Positions 1-9,355 of a stretch of 64,000 bases of DNA are shown piece after piece; the first letter of the stretch is position 1, and the number at the start of each line of letters is the position of its first letter. The stretch lies in contig JAYPKL010000001.1 in the NCBI GenBank assembly GCA_038128845.1, positions 42,338-106,337 of the forward strand, read 5' to 3'. Below the pieces are notes generated by a model. It ran no database searches. It saw only the letters and a list, made by a program, of their open reading frames with translations, and was not told the origin of the DNA. The stretch comes from Candidatus Woesearchaeota archaeon. Its GTDB lineage: Archaea; Nanobdellota; Nanobdellia; UBA10117; ARS21. Made by a program: the position numbers and the translations under genes.

Positions 1-40
1 AAGCTGTGAACTAATATAAAGATTTCTGGAAAAAAAGATA

Positions 41-601
41 TTAAACAATGTTTTTGAAAGTTCCGCCAGTTGATGCTTGACCTGAAAAGTCAATATCGAA
101 ATAGAATAATGTTCCCACTGGATATGTTGTAACATTAATTAGACATCCTGATGTTAAATTCATAACCAATGTTTTCTTTGCAGATACGCCTAAATCTGTT
201 CCGAATCCTGAAACTGCTGCTGCGTCAGAGGAGGAATTTACATTTTGAGTAGAACAAATTAATGCTTGGTCTTTATCTTTAAGCAATAAAGTTGTTGTTG
301 GAGAAGATGATCCTGAATCCATAGGAATTGGTTGAGCTCCTACGTTTGAAATAACTAAAGTTAAATTGCCACCAGTTTCACTTGTTTCACCTTCATATTG
401 AGCTAAATCAACTAAAATTTGAGAATTAAGATATTCATTTAATGAATCTCCGAATTGTTCTGAACTACCTGTGAAAGATGATTGTAATCTAAGTACCCAG
501 AAAAATGCTGCACCTGCTGCTGCAACAGTCATCATCATTAAAAGAATAATTGCAATAATAGGTGTAATTCCTTTTTTGCTTTTTATTCTTAAAAACTTCA
601 T
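41..601 (-). CDS. archaeal type IV pilin-like protein with class III (prepilin) signal peptide
   Basis: N-terminus MKFLRIKSKKG|ITPIIAIILLMMMTVAAAGAAFFW: a short basic leader ending in KG, then a ~22-aa hydrophobic helix. It is a paralog of the 2993 and 3543 ORFs, sharing the N-terminus and the C-terminal FSG(K/Q)xxTGGxF motif. It carries many N-x-S/T sequons. Confidence 0.6.
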   Translation of the reverse strand: MKFLRIKSKKGITPIIAIILLMMMTVAAAGAAFFWVLRLQSSFTGSSEQFGDSLNEYLNSQILVDLAQYEGETSETGGNLTLVISNVGAQPIPMDSGSSSPTTTLLLKDKDQALICSTQNVNSSSDAAAVSGFGTDLGVSAKKTLVMNLTSGCLINVTTYPVGTLFYFDIDFSGQASTGGTFKNIV

Positions 602-819
602 TTTAATCTTCTAATTAATCTTGCAAGTAAAATTGCTACAACTAATAAAACGACACTTGAGAATGCTGTAAAGAATGTTGTTAAAGATATCCAGCTTAAT
701 TCATTTAAAGATACTGCTGTAGATGCTTGATTGATTAAATAAAGAACTGAAACAATCCATACAGTTAAAACTGCTAATAATCCGCCTTCAACAAAATCAG
801 GTTTATCTTGTCGTCTCAT
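598..819 (-). CDS. small two-TM membrane protein (hypothetical); 4-bp overlap with downstream pilin gene
   Basis: 73-aa ORF with two hydrophobic segments. ATGA-type overlap with 41..601 suggests co-transcription. Confidence 0.35.
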   Translation of the reverse strand: MRRQDKPDFVEGGLLAVLTVWIVSVLYLINQASTAVSLNELSWISLTTFFTAFSSVVLLVVAILLARLIRRLK

Positions 820-860
820 ATAAATTAATTGTTTTATTGTTTATATAGTTTTTTGAAAAA

Positions 861-2465
861 TTACATTTGGTCAGGTAATTCTTGTTTCATTTGCTTTGCT
901 GCAATAATATCATCAATTCTTAAAAGCATGATTGAAACATCACTTGCAGATGAAATTGCTTGTTTTTTTATTTTACTTGGTTCTATAACACCATTTTTCC
1001 ACATATCTTCAACTTTTCCGTTGTAAACATTTAATCCAAAATATACATTTTTACTATCATGTTTTGACTTTAATGAAGCCAAAGTATCAATTGGATCTAG
1101 ACCTGCATTTTCTGCAAGAGTTACTGGAATAACTTCTAAAGAATCTGCAAATGCTCTTATTGCTAATTGTTCTCTTCCCGAAAAAGAATCTGCGTATTTT
1201 CTAATTCCACTCGATAAAGCTAGTTCAACAGCTGCTCCGCCTGCAACTATTTTTCCTGTGGATAATGCCGCCGAAAGATCGCCAATAGCATCAGTTAATG
1301 CTCTTTCGATTTCAGAAACAACATGTTCACTTCCGCCTCTTACAAAAAGAGTAACGGACTTTGGATTATTACATTTTTCAACAAAAGTCATATGTTCTCC
1401 GGAAATTTTTCTTTCTTCAACTAATCCTGCAGAACCTAAATCTTCTTCTGAAATTTCTTTAATTGAAGTTAAAATTTTTGCACCAGTTGCTTTTACTAAT
1501 CTTTTCATATCTGATTCTTTCATTCTTCTAATCGCGAAAATATTATTTTTGGCAAGATAATGTTGAGCAACATCGTCAATACCTTTTTGACAAAATACTG
1601 CATTTGCTCCAGAATCGGTAATTCTTTGAACCATTTCTTTTAACATTCTTTCTTCTTGTTCAATAAATTCTTGAACTTGAAGCGGAGAAGTTATTTGAAT
1701 TTTTGCGTCAATTTCGGTATCTTTAACTTCGATTGGAGTGTCTAATAACAATACTTTTACATTTTTGATTAATCTAGGCATTGAAGTATGAACTCTTTCT
1801 TTATCGATAACTAAACCGTCGATTAATTCAGAATTTTCAGTATCAGAACCTGCCTTTTTTTCTATTTTAATATCGTTCAGATCTATAATAATTTGATTAT
1901 CTGTTTCTTCTGCAACTTTTTTGATAGCAGAAACTGACATGGACGCTAATTTTTTCTTAGTTTCTAATTCTACATTTTTACCAGTCATAGCAGTTATTGA
2001 AATTTGTTCTAAAAGTTTAGTATCTTTTATTAAAATTGGATTTGAAATTTTATTCAATATTTCTTGAGCTTTTCTGGCTGCAAGTTCATAACCTTTAGAA
2101 ATTACTGTGGGGTGGATATTTTTTTCAATAAGTTTTTCTGCATTATTTAATAATTCTCCTGCTAAAATTACTGCAGTAGTTGTACCGTCACCAACTTCTG
2201 ATTCCTGTACTTTTGCAACTTCAACTAACATTTTTGCAGCCGGATGTTGTACTTCCATTTCATCAAGAATTGTAACTCCGTCATTTGTTATAGTTACGTG
2301 GCCCGAAGAACTTACAATCATTTTATCCATTCCTTTTGGACCTAAGGTAGTTCTAACGGTATCAGCTAAAGCTTTAGCTGCAGCAATATTTGATTTTTGT
2401 GCATTTTTTCCAGAATCTCGAGTAGATCCTTCTGGTAAAATATAAATAGGTTGCATATTATTCAT
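861..2465 (-). CDS. ths: thermosome subunit (group II chaperonin, Cpn60/TCP-1 family)
   Basis: 534 aa. Has the [11 protein letters not shown] signature, a GDGTTT ATP-binding motif and the overall group II chaperonin architecture. Confidence 0.9.
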   Translation of the reverse strand: MNNMQPIYILPEGSTRDSGKNAQKSNIAAAKALADTVRTTLGPKGMDKMIVSSSGHVTITNDGVTILDEMEVQHPAAKMLVEVAKVQESEVGDGTTTAVILAGELLNNAEKLIEKNIHPTVISKGYELAARKAQEILNKISNPILIKDTKLLEQISITAMTGKNVELETKKKLASMSVSAIKKVAEETDNQIIIDLNDIKIEKKAGSDTENSELIDGLVIDKERVHTSMPRLIKNVKVLLLDTPIEVKDTEIDAKIQITSPLQVQEFIEQEERMLKEMVQRITDSGANAVFCQKGIDDVAQHYLAKNNIFAIRRMKESDMKRLVKATGAKILTSIKEISEEDLGSAGLVEERKISGEHMTFVEKCNNPKSVTLFVRGGSEHVVSEIERALTDAIGDLSAALSTGKIVAGGAAVELALSSGIRKYADSFSGREQLAIRAFADSLEVIPVTLAENAGLDPIDTLASLKSKHDSKNVYFGLNVYNGKVEDMWKNGVIEPSKIKKQAISSASDVSIMLLRIDDIIAAKQMKQELPDQM

Positions 2466-2539
2466 TTCAAATCTTAGTGAGTAAGATTTTTAAGAGGTAG
2501 TTTTAGCAAGAATTTTAATATAAAACAACAATATAATTT

Positions 2540-2962
2540 ATGAACGATGAATTCGAATTAATTTCGGTTAAAGAACTTAAAAATTTGAAAGAAGAGTTAA
2601 TTGAATTGAAGAAATCTCCTAAGATTAAATCAAATTCAAATAATCCTAAAGAATATGTCAATATATTTAATTCAATATCTCGAATTGAAAATAAATTTGA
2701 GATTACAATAAAAAATTTGAATAAAATGATGAATAAACTTGATAAAATAAGTTCTATTTTTGATTCAGATATTCAAACCGAAGAAGAAGATATTAACAAA
2801 TTAAATGAGTTAATTTCCAGGCTGGAAAACTTAGAAAAATCAAACAAAGAGCTATCCGATAAAACTGAATCATTGCATAATTCGATAAAAAGAAAATCTT
2901 ATTTCAATGAAAGATTTCCTAATGGATTATCATTAAAATATAAACGTACAAAAACTCTGTAA
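2540..2962 (+). CDS. hypothetical coiled-coil protein
   Basis: 140 aa, K/E/L/N-rich heptad-like sequence with no recognisable catalytic motif. Divergent from the thermosome gene. Confidence 0.4.
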   Translation: MNDEFELISVKELKNLKEELIELKKSPKIKSNSNNPKEYVNIFNSISRIENKFEITIKNLNKMMNKLDKISSIFDSDIQTEEEDINKLNELISRLENLEKSNKELSDKTESLHNSIKRKSYFNERFPNGLSLKYKRTKTL

Positions 2963-2992
2963 AACTTATATACTAAGATAAACATTTTTTTT

Positions 2993-3550
2993 ATGAGAAA
3001 AGGACTTACTCCAGTTATAGCTATGATATTACTTCTTATGATGACCGTAGCTGCAGCGGGTGCAAGTTTTTATTGGTTACTTGGTCTTCAGGGCGAGCTT
3101 CAGGGCGGAACTCAGCAATTTCAAGAGCAAACATTTGAAAGAATGACTTCCGATGTTCAGTGGATGAGTGCAAGTTTTGAAAGAAATGGGACTGGCGACG
3201 ATAATGGAACATTGATGTTAACTATTATGAACACTGGAACAACCAAAATACCAATAAATAATGGTACAACAAGTCCGAAGGTTCAATGGACATTATATGA
3301 TTCTGAGCAAGATTTCATCTGTACTTCAGACTGGTCAAATACTGCAGACATAGTTATTTGTAATAGTGGATGTACATCCGAATTAGCACTAAAGGAAGTA
3401 AGAACAATCAATTTAACCGTTGATGGCAATAATTCATGTAGTTTAAATTCAACTACGACTTATCCGGATGACACATTAATTTATGTTGATATATCCTTTA
3501 GTGGTAAAACCACAACATCAGGAACTTTCAGGGTGGATACCGATGATTAA
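2993..3550 (+). CDS. archaeal type IV pilin-like protein (class III signal peptide)
   Basis: MRKG|LTPVIAMILLLMMTVAAAGASFYW N-terminus. Paralog of 41..601 and 3543..4052. C-terminal FSGKTTTSGTF motif. Multiple N-glycosylation sequons (NGT, NNGT, NLT, NNS, NST). Confidence 0.6.
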   Translation: MRKGLTPVIAMILLLMMTVAAAGASFYWLLGLQGELQGGTQQFQEQTFERMTSDVQWMSASFERNGTGDDNGTLMLTIMNTGTTKIPINNGTTSPKVQWTLYDSEQDFICTSDWSNTADIVICNSGCTSELALKEVRTINLTVDGNNSCSLNSTTTYPDDTLIYVDISFSGKTTTSGTFRVDTDD

Positions 3551-4052
3551 TAAAAAGGGACTTACTCCAATAATAGCAGTAATATTATTGATGATGATGA
3601 CGGTTGCTGCAGCAGGTGCAGGATTTTTCTGGTTTGTTAGAATTCAAGGAGAATTACAATCTGGAGGGGAAAATTATGCAACAGATTTAGGTGAAACTAT
3701 AAATTCCAATCTATATGTGGTTAATTCAGAATATGATTCCGGGGATTTAAAATTAATCGTAAGAAATACTGGAGGAGTAAACATACCTGTAAATAAAGGT
3801 CTTGATTCGCCTACTACTTCGATAATTCTGAATCAAGGAGATGGTCAAGTAATTTGTAATACTTTCTTAGGAAGTACAATTGCTGAGTGTACAAAAGGTT
3901 GTGGGAATGACATACTTGTTGGTGAAACTCAGGAAATTAACATAGATCTATCGGGAGATTGTTCTCTTACAAGTTATTCTGAAGATACTAGCATTTCATT
4001 TTCTATGGACTTTTCTGGTAAAGCTGGCACAGGCGGAGAATTCAGATTATAA
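3543..4052 (+). CDS. archaeal type IV pilin-like protein (class III signal peptide)
   Basis: Start chosen at MINKKG|LTPIIAVILLMMMTVAAAGAGFFW (internal Met of track ORF 3483..4052). Overlaps the upstream pilin stop by 8 bp (ATGATTAA). C-terminal FSGKAGTGGEF motif. Confidence 0.6.
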   Translation: MINKKGLTPIIAVILLMMMTVAAAGAGFFWFVRIQGELQSGGENYATDLGETINSNLYVVNSEYDSGDLKLIVRNTGGVNIPVNKGLDSPTTSIILNQGDGQVICNTFLGSTIAECTKGCGNDILVGETQEINIDLSGDCSLTSYSEDTSISFSMDFSGKAGTGGEFRL

Positions 4053-4085
4053 TAAGAGTTATATTAAAAAAATTAATATATTTTT

Positions 4086-5981
4086 ATGAAGGGTATATCT
4101 GAAATATTATCTATAACAATTGTAACATTAATTACTTTAACTGTATTTTCAGGTTTTTTTTATTGGTATTCGAATATTTCGGAAGATTCTAAAATTGGTT
4201 CAGAAGATTACACTAAAGAAATACAAAGTCAAATAATTACAACTTCAAATAAAATAATAGATGACTTGTATGATGTTTCAAAGGAAAAAAACATTAACAA
4301 TTTTGGAGAATTAACCTATACTATTGAAGCAGAAGATGGTCCAATTTCAATAGATTCAGAAGATTCAAGTTTTTCTCTATATGAAGGATATGGTTCGAAT
4401 ACTGAACTAATTTGTTCAGATTTTGGTTTAAATTGTAATTGTGAAAATGAAATACAAAAAATCTTTGGAGTTTTAGTTAATAATGATACTACTAAAGGAA
4501 TATACTTTTTAGAATATGATTCGATTAATGGCTTTTCTGAAAAACAATTGAAAATTTTTGGAAATTCAAATAATATTAGAAGATGCGATATAAGATATTT
4601 TGATCAATTTGTTGAGGGCGGAAATGATTGTAATGAGCCTAAAAACTTACTTGCAACAGGTTATTGTACTGATGATGATTCTTTTTATGAAAAAGCCACA
4701 TTCGTTTTAGATTCAAATTTAGATGGTAGTTACTATGATCTTTATGATACTGGAGATTTAGAAAAAATATTTGATGTTCAATTTGTAAATGATATTTTAG
4801 TTGATGATACATATCATTTATTCTCTGGTGCTTTTACAGATTATTTCAATGATTCAAATTACAATAAACAAGTTCTGTCTTTTAGCGATTTGATTTACGG
4901 AGATTATGAAAATCTAGGTTCATTTGGATTACTTCCAACTGAAACAGGAAATGCTGGATTGGCAGTAACTGCGATGGAACTTGTTTATCGAAATAATTAT
5001 CCTGCTTTACTCTTCGGAACCAGTCACGAAGAAGCAACTATAACAGGTGGAGCATATTTGGCAATTTCAGATGAACCTGAAAATAATGCAATATTCCAGG
5101 GAAATTTTAGGGCTTTTACTTCAGGATTTGATTGTCCATATGATATGGGTACTTTCTTAAGTGCAGGATTTGATATAGCTAAAATTGCCAATTGCGATAT
5201 TGATTTTAACTCAGTAGTAGAAATTGTTAAAACCGACTTGGTTGAAGATACTTATATTGATTCAGATCCTGTTATTTTAGGTTTAAATGAAGTTACAGAT
5301 GGAATCACAACTTTACCGATTGCAGTATTTTTTACAGATTATAATTACACTTCAACAAGAATTTATAACTTAGATTTAAGTACACTTGGTTTACCGCTTG
5401 ATGTAAAAATTACTCATATGTTTTATGATGATTCAAATGATAGAGTTTTTATTTTACTTGAGTCGACTATTCCTGGTTCTTTAACTACTCAAGTTATTGT
5501 GATTGATCATAATTTTGTTACATTAACTCCTCATTTAATCGAATTGAGTGGTGCAATAGACCCAAGTCTTGATGTGGAAAGTTTTACTGTAATAAATAAC
5601 ACTTTATTTTTTGGAGGGAATTATAATGATGGTATGGGAACCAATCAATCGGAAATATATACTGCCGTATTTGATGAAGAAACATTTGGATTATCTTCCG
5701 TTAATAGAGTGTATAGTAACAATACATTTTACTCTGTTTCAAATTTAGTTACTTTGAATTTATGTGAAGAAAAATCTCCATATTTAGAAACGGAATGTGA
5801 TATAAAACGAGGAGAATCTTGTGAAATAATTTTAAATATTGAAGATACTGATTGTGATATATCGGATTATCCTTCTGAAACTCAATTTTCTTCAACTTTA
5901 ACATTTGGAAAAAATAAAATCTATGAAATATTTAAGAAAGGGAGTGATCCGAGCGAGGAAACGGATTTAGTAGTTGTATGA
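4086..5981 (+). CDS. large secreted or pilus-associated protein with pilin-like N-terminal helix
   Basis: 631 aa. N-terminus MKG|ISEILSITIVTLITLTVFSGFFYW (hydrophobic helix after a KG leader). Asp/Cys-rich body. First gene of an overlapping operon (stop overlaps the next start). Confidence 0.5.
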   Translation: MKGISEILSITIVTLITLTVFSGFFYWYSNISEDSKIGSEDYTKEIQSQIITTSNKIIDDLYDVSKEKNINNFGELTYTIEAEDGPISIDSEDSSFSLYEGYGSNTELICSDFGLNCNCENEIQKIFGVLVNNDTTKGIYFLEYDSINGFSEKQLKIFGNSNNIRRCDIRYFDQFVEGGNDCNEPKNLLATGYCTDDDSFYEKATFVLDSNLDGSYYDLYDTGDLEKIFDVQFVNDILVDDTYHLFSGAFTDYFNDSNYNKQVLSFSDLIYGDYENLGSFGLLPTETGNAGLAVTAMELVYRNNYPALLFGTSHEEATITGGAYLAISDEPENNAIFQGNFRAFTSGFDCPYDMGTFLSAGFDIAKIANCDIDFNSVVEIVKTDLVEDTYIDSDPVILGLNEVTDGITTLPIAVFFTDYNYTSTRIYNLDLSTLGLPLDVKITHMFYDDSNDRVFILLESTIPGSLTTQVIVIDHNFVTLTPHLIELSGAIDPSLDVESFTVINNTLFFGGNYNDGMGTNQSEIYTAVFDEETFGLSSVNRVYSNNTFYSVSNLVTLNLCEEKSPYLETECDIKRGESCEIILNIEDTDCDISDYPSETQFSSTLTFGKNKIYEIFKKGSDPSEETDLVVV

Positions 5982-6601
5982 AAGGACAATCTCAAGTTGT
6001 TGGATTTACAGTAATAACACTAATAATGCTATCTATAACTTCAATTGTATTTCTTTGGGCACAGCCATTAATAGAAAGATCTGTTGATTTTAACAACATA
6101 GATAGAATGGAAAATCAAATGATTAAACTAGATAATGCAATTAAAGAAGTTGCATATGATAAATCTCAAAAAAGTATTAAATTTCAAATAGATTCTGGAA
6201 ATTTAATTTGGGAAAGAAATAATACAATTAACTATTATTCCGATCAGAATTTGCCTTTTTCTTCCGGTGAAAAGATATTAGTTAAGGGAACTTTAATAGG
6301 ATCGGATAATACAACTGCAACAAGTCCGTGTTATAATACTTCAATAAATGGTAGTGTTGGATTGGATGAATCTTCTTGTCTATATAAACAAGGTTCAAAT
6401 TTTCAATTATATTATCCGGTTTTAAACGACACATCGGGAAATTGTTTTGCAATAAGAGTTATACCTGGTAAAAATGCAGGAACTTCGGAAGGTACATATA
6501 CAATAGAATTAAAGTATAATCAAACAATAACAACAGCATATTCTATTGACAATGGATGTTCAACAATTTACAAACCAGAAATAATATTTAATATAAAATG
6601 A
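5978..6601 (+). CDS. minor pilin-like protein
   Basis: MKG|QSQVVGFTVITLIMLSITSIVFLW N-terminus. 207 aa. ATGA overlap on both sides. Confidence 0.5.
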   Translation: MKGQSQVVGFTVITLIMLSITSIVFLWAQPLIERSVDFNNIDRMENQMIKLDNAIKEVAYDKSQKSIKFQIDSGNLIWERNNTINYYSDQNLPFSSGEKILVKGTLIGSDNTTATSPCYNTSINGSVGLDESSCLYKQGSNFQLYYPVLNDTSGNCFAIRVIPGKNAGTSEGTYTIELKYNQTITTAYSIDNGCSTIYKPEIIFNIK

Positions 6602-9318
6602 AGGGGCAAATAAATATAATATACATTGGAATTTTAACTTTAATTAGTATCGCAGTTTTTGGAACTATTTTAATTTGGAACTTTTCTGTAAGCGAATCAA
6701 CTTCAAATGAATTTAACGAAAAACAAATGGAAATAATTGCAACTCAAATATCTGAAGACATAAACTATTTATCTACTTTTGATAAAAATTCAGTTTATAC
6801 GATTAAAAAAGATTTACCATCGACTATTGGTGAAGATGATTATTGTATTAGATTAAATCAAGATGAATTGGGAAACAAAAGAATATATGTTTCTAAAAAG
6901 GGGAATTCACTATCTTATAACTCTTTCAAAAAAACGGATTTTTACATAGATTTCAATAATAAAGAGTTAAATTTTGAAAATTCAATATCTTGTGGCGGTA
7001 AAACAAATATTGTAAAAACTCAAAACTCAATTGAATTAACAACGTCATTAACTTCGGCAGCAACTATTGTTGACGCTCCTCCGACTATATCTACAATAAT
7101 AGATACTTCGACTAACGAAGACACTTCAAAAGATATTACTTTTACTGTTTCGGATGAAAATTTAGCTTCTTTAGCACTTTCTGCAATTTCTGGAAACACT
7201 ACTTTAGTTAATCAAACTGCAAACGGAGGATTAATTATCCCATCTGCGTCAGGATCTTCAAGAACTCTTACAATTAATCCAAATAATAATCAAAATGGAA
7301 TAGTGGAAATAAATATAACTGCAACGGACGGATCTTCTCAAACAGATATCGAATCATTTAATTTGACAATAAATTCTGTTGATGATGGTCCAACAACGCC
7401 AACCGTAATTTATTCGCCTTCTTCAAATAGAAAAGTTGGTGATTCCTTAACTTGTGTCGCATCAAGTACTGATCCGGAAGGAGACTCAATAAGTTATTCA
7501 TATCAATTTAGAAATGGTTCTGAATCTGGAACCATAATTCAAGATTTTAGTTCAGATAATACCATTGACTCTATTTCTGCAACTTATGCTCATGAAGCAA
7601 TTTATTGTATTGCTTATGCAACTTCAAATTCAATTGATTCTTCTAGCAGTATTGCAACTATTACTATCTCCAATACTGATCCGAGTTCTGCAAGTCTATC
7701 TTCCAATACAATTAATGAAGGATCTAGTCCGGGTACTGCTGTGGGTGCAATAACTTGTACTGATGTGGATAATGATGTTTGCAGTTATACAGAGTATGCA
7801 CCAGGTCATAACGGATCTTCCATATTTGAAATAAGCGGTACATCTATTGTTCTATCTAGTGGTCAAAATTTAGATTTTGAAACGGATAATAGTTATAATT
7901 ATTCTGTGCTAGTAGATGACGGTTTTGGGGGGGATATATATCAAGAATTTAACATATCTGTTACTGATATAAATGAGGTACCGACGGATATAACTCCTAA
8001 CTCATTAACTATAAATGAAAATTCTCCAATTAATAGTGAAGTTGGTACTTTAACAGTAACAGATTCGGATTCTGGAGATTCTCATACTTTTACTGAATTA
8101 ACGGGTGGAACGGGGGAATCTTATTTTAATATTAGTTCTTCTGGTGTTGTTGAAGTTGAAGAAAATTCAATACTCAATTATGAATCAGGAACAACAAGCT
8201 ATACTTACGAAGTTAGAGTTACTGATTCAGGTTCTTTAACTTATAATGAAATAATTACAATTAATATTTTGGATGTTAATGAAGCTCCAGTAACTTTCGA
8301 AGATTCATATTCAATGGATCAAGATACAACATTGAATATTATTGAATCGGAAGGTGTTCTTGCTAATGATACGGACCCAGATTCCGATACTTTAACTGCA
8401 ACTTTAGTTAATGATGTATCCACGGGATCGTTGAGTTTGGCTTCAGATGGTTCATTTACTTATACTCCGGTTATTGGATTTACAGGAACGGTTGAATTTA
8501 ATTATTCGGCAGGAGATGGAGGAATAAGTTCATTGCCCGAAAATGTAACCATTACTGTAAATGCTGTATCAAATAATGCGCCGGTTGCTTCAGCAGATTC
8601 AGCCGCAGTAAATGAAGACACAACTCTTTCCGATACATTGACTGCTGCAGATATAGATGGAGACTCATTGACTTTTTCCATAGTTTCACAAGCATCAAAC
8701 GGAGTAGCTACAATTACAAACTCGACAACTGGGGCTTTCAACTATGTTCCGGGCGCAAATTATAATGGAGCGGATTCATTTACTTTCAAAGCAAATGATG
8801 GAACAGATAATTCAAATACAGCTACATTTTCAATAACAATTAATTCGGTAAATGATGCTCCAATTTGGTCTCCAGTAATTCCTGATAAAACAGTGGGAGT
8901 TTCGGAATCCACTAACATAGATTTATTTACATATCATTTGGATGTTGACGGTAGTGATTTAGCAACAAGTTTTTCAATAAATTCAATATCTCCGCCATCG
9001 CCAGATTTTACTTGTAGTATAACTTCAGATCAATATCTTGATTGTATTTGGAATTCTGCTCCTCCCGCTCTGCCTCAACTATTTGATGTTACTGTTAATG
9101 CAGATGATGGAAATGGTGGAAGTGCTACGGATACGGTTGCTATAACAGTAGATCCTTCTGCAGGTGGAAGCTGTCAACCTATTCCTGATCCGAGTCTTTG
9201 TGATCCTACTTATGATCCTGAAGAGTATCCTGAAGCAAGTCATGATGGAAGAAGTTGTTATAGAAGTCAAGATGATTGTGATAACAGTGTATCTCCAATT
9301 GGAGCATATTTAGGATAA
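6598..9318 (+). CDS. pilin-headed adhesin with tandem cadherin-like repeats
   Basis: 906 aa. MKG|QINIIYIGILTLISIAVFGTILIW N-terminus. Body has ~100-aa repeats ending in D-x-N-(D/E)-x-P linkers (SVDDGP, TDINEVP, LDVNEAP, SVNDAP) typical of cadherin or VCBS-like domains. Cys-rich C-terminus. Confidence 0.6.
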   Translation: MKGQINIIYIGILTLISIAVFGTILIWNFSVSESTSNEFNEKQMEIIATQISEDINYLSTFDKNSVYTIKKDLPSTIGEDDYCIRLNQDELGNKRIYVSKKGNSLSYNSFKKTDFYIDFNNKELNFENSISCGGKTNIVKTQNSIELTTSLTSAATIVDAPPTISTIIDTSTNEDTSKDITFTVSDENLASLALSAISGNTTLVNQTANGGLIIPSASGSSRTLTINPNNNQNGIVEINITATDGSSQTDIESFNLTINSVDDGPTTPTVIYSPSSNRKVGDSLTCVASSTDPEGDSISYSYQFRNGSESGTIIQDFSSDNTIDSISATYAHEAIYCIAYATSNSIDSSSSIATITISNTDPSSASLSSNTINEGSSPGTAVGAITCTDVDNDVCSYTEYAPGHNGSSIFEISGTSIVLSSGQNLDFETDNSYNYSVLVDDGFGGDIYQEFNISVTDINEVPTDITPNSLTINENSPINSEVGTLTVTDSDSGDSHTFTELTGGTGESYFNISSSGVVEVEENSILNYESGTTSYTYEVRVTDSGSLTYNEIITINILDVNEAPVTFEDSYSMDQDTTLNIIESEGVLANDTDPDSDTLTATLVNDVSTGSLSLASDGSFTYTPVIGFTGTVEFNYSAGDGGISSLPENVTITVNAVSNNAPVASADSAAVNEDTTLSDTLTAADIDGDSLTFSIVSQASNGVATITNSTTGAFNYVPGANYNGADSFTFKANDGTDNSNTATFSITINSVNDAPIWSPVIPDKTVGVSESTNIDLFTYHLDVDGSDLATSFSINSISPPSPDFTCSITSDQYLDCIWNSAPPALPQLFDVTVNADDGNGGSATDTVAITVDPSAGGSCQPIPDPSLCDPTYDPEEYPEASHDGRSCYRSQDDCDNSVSPIGAYLG

Positions 9319-9355
9319 CTAAAAAAACATATATAATAAAATAACAATAATAAAT

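Noticed and set aside
1258-2445. Plus-strand ORFs 1258..1560 and 2107..2445 (and 829..1026) inside or overlapping the thermosome gene
   Set aside because: They lie antisense to a high-confidence, motif-rich chaperonin CDS. Their translations are low-complexity with no motifs, typical of spurious antisense frames.
2931-2983. TATA-like boxes upstream of the 2993 pilin gene as an annotated promoter
   Set aside because: Two candidate A/T boxes lie at about -14 and -55 from the ATG. In a ~28% GC genome TATA-like strings are everywhere, so a promoter call without transcript-start data would be arbitrary.
7565-9270. Short ORFs 7565..7753 (+), 8502..8741 (-) and 9079..9270 (-) within the adhesin gene
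   Set aside because: They are embedded in the 906-aa cadherin-repeat ORF. The alternative-frame products are Leu/Gln- or Ser/Ile-rich nonsense.
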